A stretch of DNA of 64,000 bases from an uncultured bacterium (GCA_963705505.1 CAVPJU010000006.1:576001-640000); one strand, 5' to 3'; shown: positions 31,939 through 43,322, counted from the first letter of the stretch. Notes: a model not told the origin generated them from the sequence alone. Made by a program: numbers and translations.

Positions 31939-32841
31939 ATGGAGCTTCATCAGCTTAGATACTTCGTCGCTGTCGCTGAAACAGGCGGGTTCAGCAAAGC
32001 GGCAAGAATATGTTTCGTCGCACAGCCGTCTCTTAGCCAGCAGATAAAGAAACTCGAGCAGGAGCTCGGTCAGAAACTCTTTGAAAGGCTCGGGAGGAGC
32101 ACAGTGCTCACGGAAGCCGGAAGGGCGCTCCTGCCGAGGGCGAGACTTATACTGAAAGAGACGAGGGATATAAAGGCGGGAATCACAGAGGACGTGGGCT
32201 CGGGGACAGGTCAGCTCTCGGTCGGGTTAATACCTACTATTGCGCCGTATATTTTGCCGGGAGTCCTGAAAAGGTTTTACGAATCGTTTCCAATGGCTCA
32301 AATCAGCGTCAACGAAAACCTGACAGAAAGGCTTATCAGGAGCCTGGTCGCGCTTGAGATCGAGATGGCCGTGATGAGCCTTCCAATCGATGACAAGCTG
32401 ATAAGGACAGAGCCTCTTTTCGATGACCCTCTGGTTCTCGCGCTGTCGCCCGGTCATGAGCTTGCGGAATCGGAGAATGTAACGATCGAGGACCTCAAGA
32501 ATATCCCGTTCATCGCTCTCGATGAGGAGCATTGTCTCGGCGAGCAGATTAATAATTTCTGCTACGAGAGGCAGATCAATCCTGAAATTATCTGCCGCAC
32601 ATGGAATCTGTCGACCATACAGCACTGCGTAGCATTCGGAAACGGTGTTTCCCTCGTGCCGAAGATGCTTGTCATGACAGATTCTTCCAGGCAATGCGTG
32701 TACAGGACTATTAAGGGTCAATACCCGAAGCGTACCGTCGTTGCGGCGTGGCACCGGGACAGGAAACTCTCAAAACTAGCTTCAGAATTCATTCAGATCG
32801 TAAAAGATGAGTACGAATACCTTCTTAAAAACTCAAATTAG
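31939..32841 (+). CDS. oxyR: LysR-family peroxide sensor OxyR-like
   Basis: LysR HTH; IPTIAPY; HCLGEQINNFC (OxyR Cys-X8-Cys pair); divergent from katG. Confidence 0.85.
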   Translation: MELHQLRYFVAVAETGGFSKAARICFVAQPSLSQQIKKLEQELGQKLFERLGRSTVLTEAGRALLPRARLILKETRDIKAGITEDVGSGTGQLSVGLIPTIAPYILPGVLKRFYESFPMAQISVNENLTERLIRSLVALEIEMAVMSLPIDDKLIRTEPLFDDPLVLALSPGHELAESENVTIEDLKNIPFIALDEEHCLGEQINNFCYERQINPEIICRTWNLSTIQHCVAFGNGVSLVPKMLVMTDSSRQCVYRTIKGQYPKRTVVAAWHRDRKLSKLASEFIQIVKDEYEYLLKNSN

Positions 32842-32922
32842 GCCGGCTCCGGTGACGCATCTCCCATTACATCTGAATTTCGAATAACGTGTGCCTGATG
32901 TAAACTTAATGTTCTCGACCGT

Positions 32923-34101
32923 ATGAAAAAAATATATCTCGATTACAATGCCACTACCCCCCTCGACCCGCGTGTCCTGGATGCGATGATGCCTTATTTC
33001 AAGGACGACTTCGGGAACCCTTCGAGCATCCATTCGTTCGGTATGAGGGGCAAGGGCGCGCTCGATTGCGCAAGGGAGCAGGTCGCGGCTCTGATAGGAG
33101 CCGACGCGAGGGAGATATTTTTTACATCGGGCGGGAGCGAAAGCAGCAACCTCGCGATAAAGGGGGCGGCATACGGCCTGAATAAAAGGGGGAACCATCT
33201 CATTACAACGACTGTGGAGCATGAGTCCGTGCTCGACACATTCAAATCTCTCGAGAAGGAGGGTTTCCGTGTCACCTATCTCGGCGCGGATAGAAGCGGT
33301 CTTATCGACCTGGACGAGCTGAGAGACGCCCTTACGGATAAAACCGTGCTCGTATCGTGCATATATGCGAACAATGAAACGGGAGTGGTTATGCCGATCG
33401 GGGAGATCGCGGGCATAGTGAAGGAGAGCGGGGCGGTTTTTCACACGGATGCGGTGCAGGCCGCGGGTAAGATAGGCATAGACGTGGGTGAGGTGCCTGC
33501 TGACCTTCTGACTATATCGGCTCATAAATTCTACGGGCCCAAGGGTGCGGGAGCGCTCTATGTGAGGGACGGAATTAACAAGAGGGTTCCGCTCCATCCC
33601 CTTATTCACGGAGGGGGGCAGGAAAGGGGTTACCGGTCGGGAACCGAAAACGTGCCGGGAATCGCGGGCATGGGTATGGCTTCCGCAATAGCCGTAAGCG
33701 AGATGAAAAGGGACGAAAAAAGGATAAGAGCGTTGAGAGACGGGCTATGGGAAAGATTCTCCGGGGGAATTAGCAGCATAAGGCTAAACGGTGAGCCTGA
33801 TAAATTGCTCTGGAATACGCTCAATGTATTTTTCGAGGGCGTGAGGGGGGACGCTCTTGCCATGGCTCTTGACCTTGAGGGTATAGCGGTATCGACGGGC
33901 TCCGCATGCTCTGAGGGAAAGGTCGATCCCTCTCATGTGCTCCTTGCTATGGGGCTCACTAGGGAGGAGGCATCTTCCTCGGTCAGGTTCAGCCTGGGAA
34001 GATTTACAACGCACGAGGATATAGACGTAGTCGCCGAAACCGTAACGGCTGCCGTAGAGAGGATAAGGGGAGTCCGCGGCATGGATTCCGCGGCCGTATA
34101 A
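32923..34101 (+). CDS. iscS: Cysteine desulfurase (IscS/NifS type)
   Basis: IYLDYNATTP, GNPSSIH, HTDAVQ, SAHKFYGPKG, RSGTENV, STGSAC. Confidence 0.85.
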   Translation: MKKIYLDYNATTPLDPRVLDAMMPYFKDDFGNPSSIHSFGMRGKGALDCAREQVAALIGADAREIFFTSGGSESSNLAIKGAAYGLNKRGNHLITTTVEHESVLDTFKSLEKEGFRVTYLGADRSGLIDLDELRDALTDKTVLVSCIYANNETGVVMPIGEIAGIVKESGAVFHTDAVQAAGKIGIDVGEVPADLLTISAHKFYGPKGAGALYVRDGINKRVPLHPLIHGGGQERGYRSGTENVPGIAGMGMASAIAVSEMKRDEKRIRALRDGLWERFSGGISSIRLNGEPDKLLWNTLNVFFEGVRGDALAMALDLEGIAVSTGSACSEGKVDPSHVLLAMGLTREEASSSVRFSLGRFTTHEDIDVVAETVTAAVERIRGVRGMDSAAV

Positions 34102-34110
34102 AAACGATCG

Positions 34111-35151
34111 CTAAGGAAATACGGGCGGTATTTCGAGACCTTCCGATTCCTTAAATCCCATCATGAGATTCATATTCTGGACCGCAGCACCCGATGCGCC
34201 TTTAACGAGGTTATCTATGACCGAGACTATTATCGCGGTTTTATTCTCGGTGTCGGCCCTCATTCCAATGTCACAGAAATTCGAGCCCCTGACCTGTGAA
34301 GTCGAGGGATAGAGCTTCTCGGGGGATATCCTGATGAACCTCTCGCCTTTGTAATGCTTTTCAAAGAGGCTGATAAGCTCTCCGGTCGTTCTCTTCTTTT
34401 TCAGCCTTACGTATATAGTGGAAAGGATGCCCCTGTCCATCGGGATGAGGTGCGGGGTAAAGGAGATCTTTACGCCGAGTCCGGAGTAGTCGGATAGCAC
34501 TTCCTCGATTTCGGGCATGTGGCGGTGCTCTCCCACCTTGTACGCCTTGACGCCTTCGTTTACTTCGCAGAAATGGTTGTCGAGAGAAGGGGACCTCCCC
34601 GCTCCCGATACCCCTGATTTCGAATCGACTATTATCGAGTCAGGCTCTATCAATTTCGCCTTCAAAAGCGGGGCAAGGCCCAGAATGGCAGAAGTCGGAT
34701 AGCAGCCCGGATTGGCGACCAGTTTGGCGCGCTTAATCTCAGACCTGTTTATCTCGGGAATACCGTATGCGGCTTTGGAAATGAGCTCGGGGCAGGGGTG
34801 CTCTCCGTACCAATCCCTGTAAATTTTGTGGCTGAGCCTGAAATCCGCTCCCAGGTCGATTATTTTTAGGTCCCGCTTATAGAGTTCACCGACCGTTTTA
34901 GCCGATTCCCCGTGGGGCAGAGCCAAAAATACTACTTCGATATCCTTCGGCAATGCTCCGGGGTCGAGGGGTTCGAGCCTGAGATCGAGAAACCCTCCCA
35001 GGTGCGGGAATACGTCCGATATACCCTTTCCGGCGTGTTTATCCGCTGTTAAATAAGCGACTTCCACGTGCGGATGGACGAGCAGCAGCCTGAGGAGGTC
35101 TCCGCCCGTGTAACCGCTTGCGCCCAGTATCGCGGCCTTCTTTTTCTTCAT
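34111..35151 (-). CDS. argC: N-acetyl-gamma-glutamyl-phosphate reductase
   Basis: GASGYTG, FLALPHG, ANPGCYPT, SGVSGAG, HRHMPEI, DNLVKGASG. Confidence 0.97.
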   Translation of the reverse strand: MKKKKAAILGASGYTGGDLLRLLLVHPHVEVAYLTADKHAGKGISDVFPHLGGFLDLRLEPLDPGALPKDIEVVFLALPHGESAKTVGELYKRDLKIIDLGADFRLSHKIYRDWYGEHPCPELISKAAYGIPEINRSEIKRAKLVANPGCYPTSAILGLAPLLKAKLIEPDSIIVDSKSGVSGAGRSPSLDNHFCEVNEGVKAYKVGEHRHMPEIEEVLSDYSGLGVKISFTPHLIPMDRGILSTIYVRLKKKRTTGELISLFEKHYKGERFIRISPEKLYPSTSQVRGSNFCDIGMRADTENKTAIIVSVIDNLVKGASGAAVQNMNLMMGFKESEGLEIPPVFP

Positions 35152-35337
35152 AGGGATTGAAAATATCAGGGAAAAGTATTAAATACAAGTTCTTACAGAT
35201 TTTCCTTTATCGATGGTATAGTTATACGGGGTTTTAACTCTCTCTCACATATCTTGACTCCAATTGTTTGAAAGGGTAGTTTCTTTAGGTTTTGTTCTTT
35301 AGTAAAACGAAAAAAGGGATTTTCGGAGGAATTTCTG

Positions 35338-36345
35338 ATGTCGACCAAAGTTGGTATTAACGGGTTCGGGAGGATCGGCAGACACATTCTGCGTATAGGG
35401 CTTGGACGTAAGGACCTGGAATTTGTAGGGATCAACGATATTTCCGATTCCAGGACACTTGCACACCTATTCAAATACGATTCTGTTTTCGGTCCGTACA
35501 AGGGAGAGGTAAAATCCGAGAACGGGCATATACTGGTTGACGGGAAAGCGATCAGGGTCTTTTCGGAGAAGGACCCGAAGAACATCCCGTGGGAGGATGT
35601 GGGGGCCCAGATAGTTGCCGAAGCGAGCGGTATTTTCAGATCGCAGGAGACGGCTTCCGCTCACCTGGGAAGGACTGTAAAAAAAGTAATCATAACTGCG
35701 CCGGCCAAGGGCGAGGTTGATTTTACCACGGTTCTCGGGGCTAACCAGGACCGTTATGAAAGTGACAAACACCACATTATTTCAAACGCATCGTGCACCA
35801 CGAACTGTTTTGCAATGATCGTCAAGGTGCTCCATGAGAATTTCAGTATCGTGAGGGGCGAGATGACGACTATCCACTCCTATACCAACGATCAGAGGAT
35901 ACTGGACGCCCCCCATAAAGACCTGAGGAGAGCTCGGGCGGCAGCCCTGTCGATAATCCCGACCGATACGGGTGCCGGAAAGGCCATACAGATCATATTC
36001 CCCGAATTAAAGGGTAAATTGAGCGCGGTCGCCATGAGGGTCCCGACCGCAGACGTATCGGTAGTCGATTTCACATGCGAAACCAAGAAACATACGAGCG
36101 TCGAAGAGGTAAACGGGAAATTCAAAGAGGCGGCTTCGGGTGCGCTGAAGGGGTATTTGAGGTATGTCGATGAGGAGCTTGTATCTTCCGATTTTATAGG
36201 GGATCCGCATTCGGCAGCTTTCGATTCGGCGCTTACGTCGGTCGTGGACGGAAACCTCGTAAAGGTTATAGGATGGTATGACAACGAATACGGATATTCA
36301 TCGAGAGTCGTTGATTTAATTCAATTCGTGGGGGAAAAATTTTGA
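35338..36345 (+). CDS. gap: Glyceraldehyde-3-phosphate dehydrogenase (type I)
   Basis: GINGFGRIGR, SNASCTTNC, WYDNEYGYS. Confidence 0.97.
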   Translation: MSTKVGINGFGRIGRHILRIGLGRKDLEFVGINDISDSRTLAHLFKYDSVFGPYKGEVKSENGHILVDGKAIRVFSEKDPKNIPWEDVGAQIVAEASGIFRSQETASAHLGRTVKKVIITAPAKGEVDFTTVLGANQDRYESDKHHIISNASCTTNCFAMIVKVLHENFSIVRGEMTTIHSYTNDQRILDAPHKDLRRARAAALSIIPTDTGAGKAIQIIFPELKGKLSAVAMRVPTADVSVVDFTCETKKHTSVEEVNGKFKEAASGALKGYLRYVDEELVSSDFIGDPHSAAFDSALTSVVDGNLVKVIGWYDNEYGYSSRVVDLIQFVGEKF

Positions 36346-37565
36346 TGAACAAGCTCGTGATATCCGACCTGCCCGATTCCGAATTCAACGGAAAGCGGGT
36401 GTTCGTGAGAGTGGACTTTAACGTTCCAATCAGGGACGGAAAGATCAGCGAAGATTACAGAATAAGAAGGGCTATACCGACGATCGATTATCTTGTCGAA
36501 AGGAAGGCAAAGGTCATACTGGGCTCACACCTCGGAAGACCCCAGGGGATCGCGCTTTCTGAATTGTCCTTAAAACCCATTGCCACGCGTCTTTCTGAGC
36601 TTCTTGGTAAATCCGTAAAGTTCACGGGCAAGGTTATAGGTCCGGAGGTTAAGGCGTCCATAGACAGTCTTGAGTGCGGCGAGGTCATGCTTCTCGAAAA
36701 TCTGAGGTTCCACAAGGAAGAAACGGATAACGACCCCGCGTTTTCAAGGGAGCTCGCGTCCTATGCGGATATATATGTGAACGACGCGTTCGGGACGTCG
36801 CACAGAAAGCATGCATCCACCTACGGGATGGCTTCGATGTTCGATCTGAGGGTCGCGGGGTTTCTCGTCAGCAGGGAGCTGAAATTCCTTACGAGACTTC
36901 GTGAGAACCCGGACCGGCCGTTCATAGTAATAGTCGGGGGAAGCAAGATCAAAGATAAAATCCACGCTTTGAAAAGCCTTATAGAAAAAGCGGACAAGGT
37001 TCTTCTGGGCGGAGGCGTCGCATATACGTTCCTTAAAGCGCAGGGTGTGAATATAGGCAACTCTATAGTGGAGGACGAGTTTGTAGACTGGGCAAGGGAA
37101 GCGCTTGAGAGGTACGGCAATAAGATCTTTCTCCCGGTCGATCACGTTGTTGCGGGCGGCTTCGAGAGAAGGAAGAATTGCATGGTGGTAGACGGCGAGA
37201 TACCGGACGATCTTCAGGGGTTCGATATCGGACCCAAGACGGCGGCCAGGTTTAACCATCTGATAAAGGGCACAGGATCGATCTTCTGGAGCGGGCCGAT
37301 GGGCGTTTTCGAAGTCGGCGACTTTTCGGCAGGCACCACACAGCTTGCAAGATCGGTAGCCCTCGCCACGTGGAGGGGAGCCACAACTGTGGTAGGAGGG
37401 GGTGAAACCATAGCGGCTATAAGAGAAGCCGAGGTTTTAGACCTGGAAATCACTCACATCTCGACGGGCGGCGGTGCTCTCCTTGAGTTCCTAGGAGGCG
37501 ATGAGCTCCCGGGTATTTCGATCCTTAACGATAAAGAAGAGAAAATTTCTTTAGCTGCGAATTAA
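36345..37565 (+). CDS. pgk: Phosphoglycerate kinase
   Basis: RVDFNVP, SHLGRP, LLENLRFH, NDAFGTSHR, GPMGVFE, STGGGALLE. Confidence 0.97.
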   Translation: MNKLVISDLPDSEFNGKRVFVRVDFNVPIRDGKISEDYRIRRAIPTIDYLVERKAKVILGSHLGRPQGIALSELSLKPIATRLSELLGKSVKFTGKVIGPEVKASIDSLECGEVMLLENLRFHKEETDNDPAFSRELASYADIYVNDAFGTSHRKHASTYGMASMFDLRVAGFLVSRELKFLTRLRENPDRPFIVIVGGSKIKDKIHALKSLIEKADKVLLGGGVAYTFLKAQGVNIGNSIVEDEFVDWAREALERYGNKIFLPVDHVVAGGFERRKNCMVVDGEIPDDLQGFDIGPKTAARFNHLIKGTGSIFWSGPMGVFEVGDFSAGTTQLARSVALATWRGATTVVGGGETIAAIREAEVLDLEITHISTGGGALLEFLGGDELPGISILNDKEEKISLAAN

Positions 37566-37686
37566 AAACTGCGGCCTCTTTCCGGAATTCATATACTGAA
37601 CCCCGGCTCTTTAAATCTATCCATCCCGTCAAAACCGTGTTAATCTTTAAAAACACTTATCCGGTATTAATAAGCGGAGTAAAAAC

Positions 37687-38772
37687 ATGGCAAAAATAAA
37701 TATAAAACAAGGTGCGGACTCCATAGCCGGGCTTTTGGGTAAGGAAGCCTCGTACCTCCTTGAGCATAAATGTAAAACCGTTTCTAAGAATATGCTGCAT
37801 CTGCCCGGACCCGATTTCGTGGACAGGATTTTTGCGCCCTCCGACAGGTCCAATCCTGTATTGAGGAACCTCCAGCTGATGTACAACACGGGCAGGCTGG
37901 CAGGGACGGGTTATCTCTCGATTCTTCCCGTGGACCAGGGAATAGAGCACTCGGCAGGGGCTTCTTTCGCGCCCAACCCCATTTACTTCGATCCGGAGAA
38001 TATAGTCAAGCTCGCGATAGAGGGCGGGTGTAACGCGGTGGCGTCAACGCTCGGTGTATTAGGTGCGGTTTCCAGGAAGTACGCGCACAAGATACCTTTT
38101 TTAGTAAAACTCAATCACAACGAGCTCCTTACATACCCGAACAAATACGACCAGATTATGTTCGCCAACGTCGACCAGGCATTTCAGATGGGGGCTGTGG
38201 CGGTAGGGGCGACAATATACTTCGGCTCCGAGGAAAGCGACCGTCAGATTCAGGAAGTCTCCGAGGTCTTCAGTTACGCCCATACGCTGGGATTGGTCAC
38301 TGTACTCTGGGCGTATCTCAGAAACTCCGCGTTTAAAACGGAGAAAACGGATTTCGATTTATCGGCCGATCTCACGGGGCAGGCCAACCACTTGAGCGCG
38401 ACGATCGAGGCGGACATAGTCAAGCAGAAGCAGGCCGAGAATAACGGGGGCTTTCTCGCGCTTAAATTCGGCAAAACGGACCCGAGAGTTTATTCGAAGC
38501 TTACATCCGACCATCCCATAGACCTCACGAGGTATCAGGTCGTGAACTGCTATATGGGACGGGCGGGGCTTATCAATTCAGGCGGAGCATCGACCGGAAA
38601 AGAAGAGGACGACCTAGCACAGGCGGTCAGGACTGCTGTCATAAACAAAAGGGCGGGCGGCATGGGACTGATTACAGGCCGTAAATCGTTCCAGAAGCCG
38701 ATGAAAGAAGGCGTCGAGATATTGAATGCCGTGCAGAATGTCTACCTCAGTGAAGAAGTAACCGTGGCCTGA
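37687..38772 (+). CDS. fbaB: Class I fructose-bisphosphate aldolase
   Basis: [55 protein letters not shown]. Confidence 0.93.
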   Translation: MAKINIKQGADSIAGLLGKEASYLLEHKCKTVSKNMLHLPGPDFVDRIFAPSDRSNPVLRNLQLMYNTGRLAGTGYLSILPVDQGIEHSAGASFAPNPIYFDPENIVKLAIEGGCNAVASTLGVLGAVSRKYAHKIPFLVKLNHNELLTYPNKYDQIMFANVDQAFQMGAVAVGATIYFGSEESDRQIQEVSEVFSYAHTLGLVTVLWAYLRNSAFKTEKTDFDLSADLTGQANHLSATIEADIVKQKQAENNGGFLALKFGKTDPRVYSKLTSDHPIDLTRYQVVNCYMGRAGLINSGGASTGKEEDDLAQAVRTAVINKRAGGMGLITGRKSFQKPMKEGVEILNAVQNVYLSEEVTVA

Positions 38773-38958
38773 CATAAAATTGTCCTGTTCGAGAGCTTCC
38801 GGGAGCAGGGATTAATAGTTCACTCTCCGATATTTAACCTTTGTGTGAAAACCTGAACCCATAATTTCGGCCTACCTTATTTTTCCACACGATTTATACT
38901 TGAGATCGGCGGAGTTTACTTTTTTCTCCGGACGCTCTCGGGTTTTATTCGGTTAACT

Positions 38959-40089
38959 GTGATGAACTGGAAGATAGAAGGGCTGAAAAGGTTAGACGGA
39001 GTCCTTGGAAGAATCTCGTGCTCCGTCTCAAAATTAATTGTCAGCCCCAGGAAAAAGACGAGTGAAGGTGCCCTGAAGATACTCGTTATAAGACCGGGCG
39101 GGATCGGCGATGCGGTCCTTCTATACCCGGCTCTGGCTGAGCTGCGGAATCATTTCCCGGACGCTGTGATTGATATTCTGGCCGAGAAGAGAAATGCCGG
39201 AATTCTCACCGGCTGTCCATACATTACCACGCTATTTCAATACGATAAGCGTCCTCACGAGACTCTGTACGGAGTGATGAAAGAGGGCTACGACATAGTT
39301 ATCGACACCGAGCAGTGGCACAGACTCACTGCGGCTCTCTCATATCTGACACGCGCCCCGGTCCGCGCAGGTTTTGCCACGAACGAAAGGGCCCGGCTTT
39401 ACAGCGCTCCGGTTCCCTACAGCCACGAAGATTACGAGGCGTACAGTTTTCTCAATCTGGTATCGGCGGTAACGGGTAAAAAGTACGAGTTCGATAAGGA
39501 GAGACCCTTTATACCGCTCGACCGCAGTTCGTACGACGGGATTAGTTCAGCTATTTCGGATTTCAGGAGAGACAAAAAGGCCGTCGTCGGATTATTTGCG
39601 GGCGCTACGGTTCGTGAAAGAAGGTGGGGCGTAAATAAGTTCGCGGAGCTTGCGGCGGAATTGTCACGGGAGCATATAGGAGTGGTAATAGTGGGCGGGG
39701 AGACGGACAAAAGCGATTCTGAAATATTTCAAAAAGCGGACACTAACGGATTCCTTTTGGACTGCATTGGGAGAACTACGCTAAGGGAAACAGCCGCCCT
39801 CATTTCAGGGCTGGACCTGTTTGTGTCAGGCGATACGGGACTCATGCACGTTGCATACGGCGTCGGCACGCCCACGGTGTCCCTCTTCGGCGCCGGTATA
39901 CAGAGGAAATGGGCGCCGGCCGGGGGGGATCATATAGCTATTAACAAGAATGTTCCCTGCAGCCCCTGCACGAAGTTCGGATATACGCCGAAGTGCCCTT
40001 ATGACGTAAGGTGCCTCTCCGGTATAACTGTAGGGGAAGTAAAGGAATCGGTAGTGACGCTTCTGGCCCGGTCCTTAAACGGCCGGTAA
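38959..40089 (+). CDS. GT9 glycosyltransferase (LPS heptosyltransferase-like)
   Basis: ILVIRPGGIGD, RRWG, GDTGLMHVA, PTVSLFG, CSPC. Confidence 0.88.
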   Translation: MMNWKIEGLKRLDGVLGRISCSVSKLIVSPRKKTSEGALKILVIRPGGIGDAVLLYPALAELRNHFPDAVIDILAEKRNAGILTGCPYITTLFQYDKRPHETLYGVMKEGYDIVIDTEQWHRLTAALSYLTRAPVRAGFATNERARLYSAPVPYSHEDYEAYSFLNLVSAVTGKKYEFDKERPFIPLDRSSYDGISSAISDFRRDKKAVVGLFAGATVRERRWGVNKFAELAAELSREHIGVVIVGGETDKSDSEIFQKADTNGFLLDCIGRTTLRETAALISGLDLFVSGDTGLMHVAYGVGTPTVSLFGAGIQRKWAPAGGDHIAINKNVPCSPCTKFGYTPKCPYDVRCLSGITVGEVKESVVTLLARSLNGR

Positions 40090-40123
40090 TGAAGAAGTGT
40101 TAGCCGATATTTAATCCCTGAGT

Positions 40124-41005
40124 TCAAACACCCTTATCTTCGAGTCCCGGAGGAAGTTCTCCGTAGTATGGGGAGCCCTCCTCATAAAGGGCCTTTATCT
40201 TGTCCCTGGGCATGTCCGGCATGTCTTCTTTAAGCCCGAACATCCTGCAAATATGCCTTAATTCCTCTTCCCTGCCGGGAAGCGGGTCCATCGGCTGTAT
40301 CATCTGTTTATTCGTGAGCTCCTGCTTAACGTTTGCGTCTTCCATGAGCGGGTTTCCGTATTTATTCAGGTGGAAGAGCCTGTCGAATCGTTTTCTGGGC
40401 CTCTGTCCCGGCGATTCCGCGGCATAGCCCACAGACATAAGCCATATAGGGACGATATTTTCCGGGACGCCGAGCACCTTGGGAAATTCCGCCGGTTTTC
40501 GGCCGGTAGCCAGCAGGCAGCAGCCCAGGCCTAATTCTGTTGCAGCCAGAAGGGCGTTGGCTATGGCTTGCCCGGCTTCGATCCTGAGCAAGTCTTCCGT
40601 TCTGTCCTTCGGAAAGCTCATGAGGCGCGGGTAAGTGACTTCCGTAAGGAGCTGATAAGTCCATCCGTGGGCGGCTGTTATTGCCCTTGCCGGAAACAGG
40701 ACTGCAAATGACTGGACCAGCTCCTGATACCAGGAATCGAGGTTTATCAGCCACGCTATGACTATCGGGGCCTGCCTCAGGTGAATCTCGTTGAATGGGG
40801 ACGCGCATTCGATGATCTTCTCGAATTCGTCTTTGGGATAGGTTCTTTTATCGATCACTATTGCTTCGGTCGAGTTGCAGTTACCCTGGCATGATGCATA
40901 ACGCGCAGCCTGAAGCATCGTCTGTATTTTCCAGTCCTCAACTTCTTTCCAGGGTTTATAAAAACGGATGCTCCTTCTGCTTCCTATCGCTTGCATTAGT
41001 TCCAT
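40124..41005 (-). CDS. Nitroreductase family protein (long form)
   Basis: RRSIRFY, GQAIANALLAATELGLG, VGYAAE...RPR. Confidence 0.8.
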   Translation of the reverse strand: MELMQAIGSRRSIRFYKPWKEVEDWKIQTMLQAARYASCQGNCNSTEAIVIDKRTYPKDEFEKIIECASPFNEIHLRQAPIVIAWLINLDSWYQELVQSFAVLFPARAITAAHGWTYQLLTEVTYPRLMSFPKDRTEDLLRIEAGQAIANALLAATELGLGCCLLATGRKPAEFPKVLGVPENIVPIWLMSVGYAAESPGQRPRKRFDRLFHLNKYGNPLMEDANVKQELTNKQMIQPMDPLPGREEELRHICRMFGLKEDMPDMPRDKIKALYEEGSPYYGELPPGLEDKGV

Positions 41006-41084
41006 AGACTTTACCTCCTTCAGTCATTAAAGCAGTATCACGTTTTCTTGTCAACGGTTGTTCGACGGGCGGTGGTTTCGGGTT

Positions 41085-41852
41085 TTAAATCTCGAGCTCA
41101 AGAAGGTCATGCGCCTCGATTACTTCTGCGCTCACATTTTTTCTTATCCTGTCGACGACTTTCATCTCATCGCATGCGGGATAAAGATGTGTAACGATGA
41201 TTTTCCTTGCCCCCGATCTATTAGCTATCTCTATCACTTCACCCGGTGTGAGGTGGCCGCTCCTTTTGGAAGCCTCGTCCGGAAGAGCGCATTCTATTAT
41301 AAGCGCATCCGCGTTCCGCGAGAGCTCTATCAGGGCCTCGGAGTAGTCAGTATCTCCCGAGTAGACGAGGGATTTCCCCTCAGCCTCGATTCTCAAGGCG
41401 AGGCTGCTCTCGATATGAGGGGTCCTGGCAGCGGTTATAATAAATCCTTTGAGATTTGCAGATACCTCCCCGATCTCCTCCACTGAAAGATATTCGGGCA
41501 ATATCCAGTCGTTATATGCGTTCTTAACCGCTTCGAAGAATCTTATAAACCCCTCACCGCCCCATAAGGTCAGCGGCTTTTCGCGCTTTGAGCCGTAGGG
41601 CGAGCCGTATGCGTATTTGGTTGCGAAAAGGAACGGCACCAGGTCTCCGGTATGGTCGGGGTGGAGGTGCGATAAAAAGATATGATCGATATGTAAATAA
41701 TTAATCCCTGCACGGCCTAGCTTCCAGGTCGTTCCGTTCCCGCAGTCGAGCAGTATCTTGACGCCGGGTATCTCGAGCGCGTATCCCGATGATCCGCGTT
41801 TTGTGTAAGGCACGCAGGTGCCCGAACCCAGAATCGTAAGCTTCATTTTCAA
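41085..41852 (-). CDS. MBL-fold metallohydrolase (RNase Z/AtsA-like)
   Basis: LTILGSG, LDCGNG, SHLHPDH, YSGDT, GHLT, THLYP. Confidence 0.85.
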   Translation of the reverse strand: MKMKLTILGSGTCVPYTKRGSSGYALEIPGVKILLDCGNGTTWKLGRAGINYLHIDHIFLSHLHPDHTGDLVPFLFATKYAYGSPYGSKREKPLTLWGGEGFIRFFEAVKNAYNDWILPEYLSVEEIGEVSANLKGFIITAARTPHIESSLALRIEAEGKSLVYSGDTDYSEALIELSRNADALIIECALPDEASKRSGHLTPGEVIEIANRSGARKIIVTHLYPACDEMKVVDRIRKNVSAEVIEAHDLLELEI

Positions 41853-41919
41853 TTCCGCTTTATTGAGTTATTTTAATAATCGAGCAATCTAGCATTATTT
41901 TTCAAAAGGGCAAACGGCA

Positions 41920-42690
41920 TTGAAAAACGTAATTACATTAATGACCGATTTCGGATTACAAGACCATTATGCGGGTGTGATGAAGGGGGTGATTCTCGGA
42001 ATAAACCCCGATGCGACAATAATAGATATTACTCACGGAGTCGATGCATATAATATAATCGAGGCCTCCCTCAGATTAATGAATTATTACTCTTACTTTC
42101 CTGAAGGAACCGTTCATGTCGTCGTTGTCGATCCCGGCGTGGGCGCAGGAAGGAGGCCCATCGCCGTCGAAGCCGGGGGATATTTCTTCGTGGGGCCCGA
42201 TAACGGAGTTTTCTCTCTTATATACGGAGGCAATGAAGCTCGAATGATTATCGAAATAACTAATCCGAAGTATATGCTCAAGGAGGTGAGCAATACGTTT
42301 CACGGGAGGGATATATTCGCGCCCGCGGCGGCGCATATTTCTTCAGGATTGGAGATTCGCAAGCTCGGAGACGAAGCCGCTTCGCCGGTATTACTCGACA
42401 TTCCCAAACCCTCTACGGGTAAGAATGAAGTTTTGGGCGAAGTAATATATGAAGACCATTTCGGAAATCTGGTCACAAATATCCCCGGGAAGCTTGTGGG
42501 TAGAGGCTCAAAGGTCTATGTCGGCCGTGTGAGAATAGACCGCATCTCGGAATCATACGGGGAAACGGGAGCGGGGGAGCTGCTGGCATTAATCGGCAGC
42601 TCGGGGCTCCTTGAAATTTCGGTGAATCAGGGAAGCGCAAGCGAGGTCTTGAAAGCTGAAGAGCGTTTAATCAGAGTTATTGTAAAATAA
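41920..42690 (+). CDS. SAM hydrolase / SAM-dependent halogenase family (DUF62)
   Basis: TLMTDFG, VVDPGVG, GPDNG, TFHGRDIFAP, DHFGNL, LEISVNQGSA. Confidence 0.9.
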   Translation: MKNVITLMTDFGLQDHYAGVMKGVILGINPDATIIDITHGVDAYNIIEASLRLMNYYSYFPEGTVHVVVVDPGVGAGRRPIAVEAGGYFFVGPDNGVFSLIYGGNEARMIIEITNPKYMLKEVSNTFHGRDIFAPAAAHISSGLEIRKLGDEAASPVLLDIPKPSTGKNEVLGEVIYEDHFGNLVTNIPGKLVGRGSKVYVGRVRIDRISESYGETGAGELLALIGSSGLLEISVNQGSASEVLKAEERLIRVIVK

Positions 42691-42768
42691 GCTTTTATAA
42701 TAATCAGTTGTAAAGATATCTGTTTTAATCGGGATGATGAAGTACGTACCGGGTTATGATCTGAGGGA

Positions 42769-43194
42769 TTACGCTTCCCATTCGATCCGGTATTTCTTTC
42801 CGAATACGTGAATCTCCTTTGCCGACTTATATGTGAACATATTCTCCCAGAAATGGTCTTCCGGGTCTCTTATTCCCCCATTAGCCAGCTCTTTTATGAG
42901 CGCCCAGTATTTTTCGTCTTCGGGAAGGTCAGGCAACAGATCGAAGAGTGTCGCGATGTCCGGCCTTTCCGACGGGTCTATCTTTTCCCAGCTCACCCAC
43001 TCTCTGTTCTTTTTCGATATGAATAGCTTGTCTCCCGAATTGTTGAGATGGGTCTGATTGAGCGCCCACGCCGGAATGTATTCGGTGTGGTAGTATTCGA
43101 AAGCGCTTTCGAGTATTTCGCTCCACTTGAGCGTAACAGTTTTTGCACCGGCGGATTCGGGATCTGCTAGATTTATGCCTTGCCTTTTAGCCAT
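42769..43194 (-). CDS. Hypothetical protein (Trp-rich, 141 aa)
   Basis: ATG ORF filling the gap between convergent genes; sigma54-type promoter upstream; no family recognised. Confidence 0.7.
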   Translation of the reverse strand: MAKRQGINLADPESAGAKTVTLKWSEILESAFEYYHTEYIPAWALNQTHLNNSGDKLFISKKNREWVSWEKIDPSERPDIATLFDLLPDLPEDEKYWALIKELANGGIRDPEDHFWENMFTYKSAKEIHVFGKKYRIEWEA

Positions 43195-43306
43195 CTGGGT
43201 CTTCCAAACTCAGGAGTCTGCTTCTCTCTCTTTTTAAAAGAATTAATTGCTGTGATTATCCGTTAGAGCCACTGAGCTTATTTATAAAATATCCTAAATT
43301 AATTGG

Positions 43307-43322
43307 AGCAAAATCCATGCCA
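43307..43322 (-). promoter_or_regulatory. Sigma54 (-24/-12) promoter
   Basis: Minus strand TGGCATGGATTTTGCT (GG-N10-GC), ~110 nt upstream of the 43194 start, AT-rich flanks. Confidence 0.65.

Noticed and set aside
32833..33609. 258-aa minus-strand ORF
   Set aside because: Antisense shadow of the cysteine desulfurase
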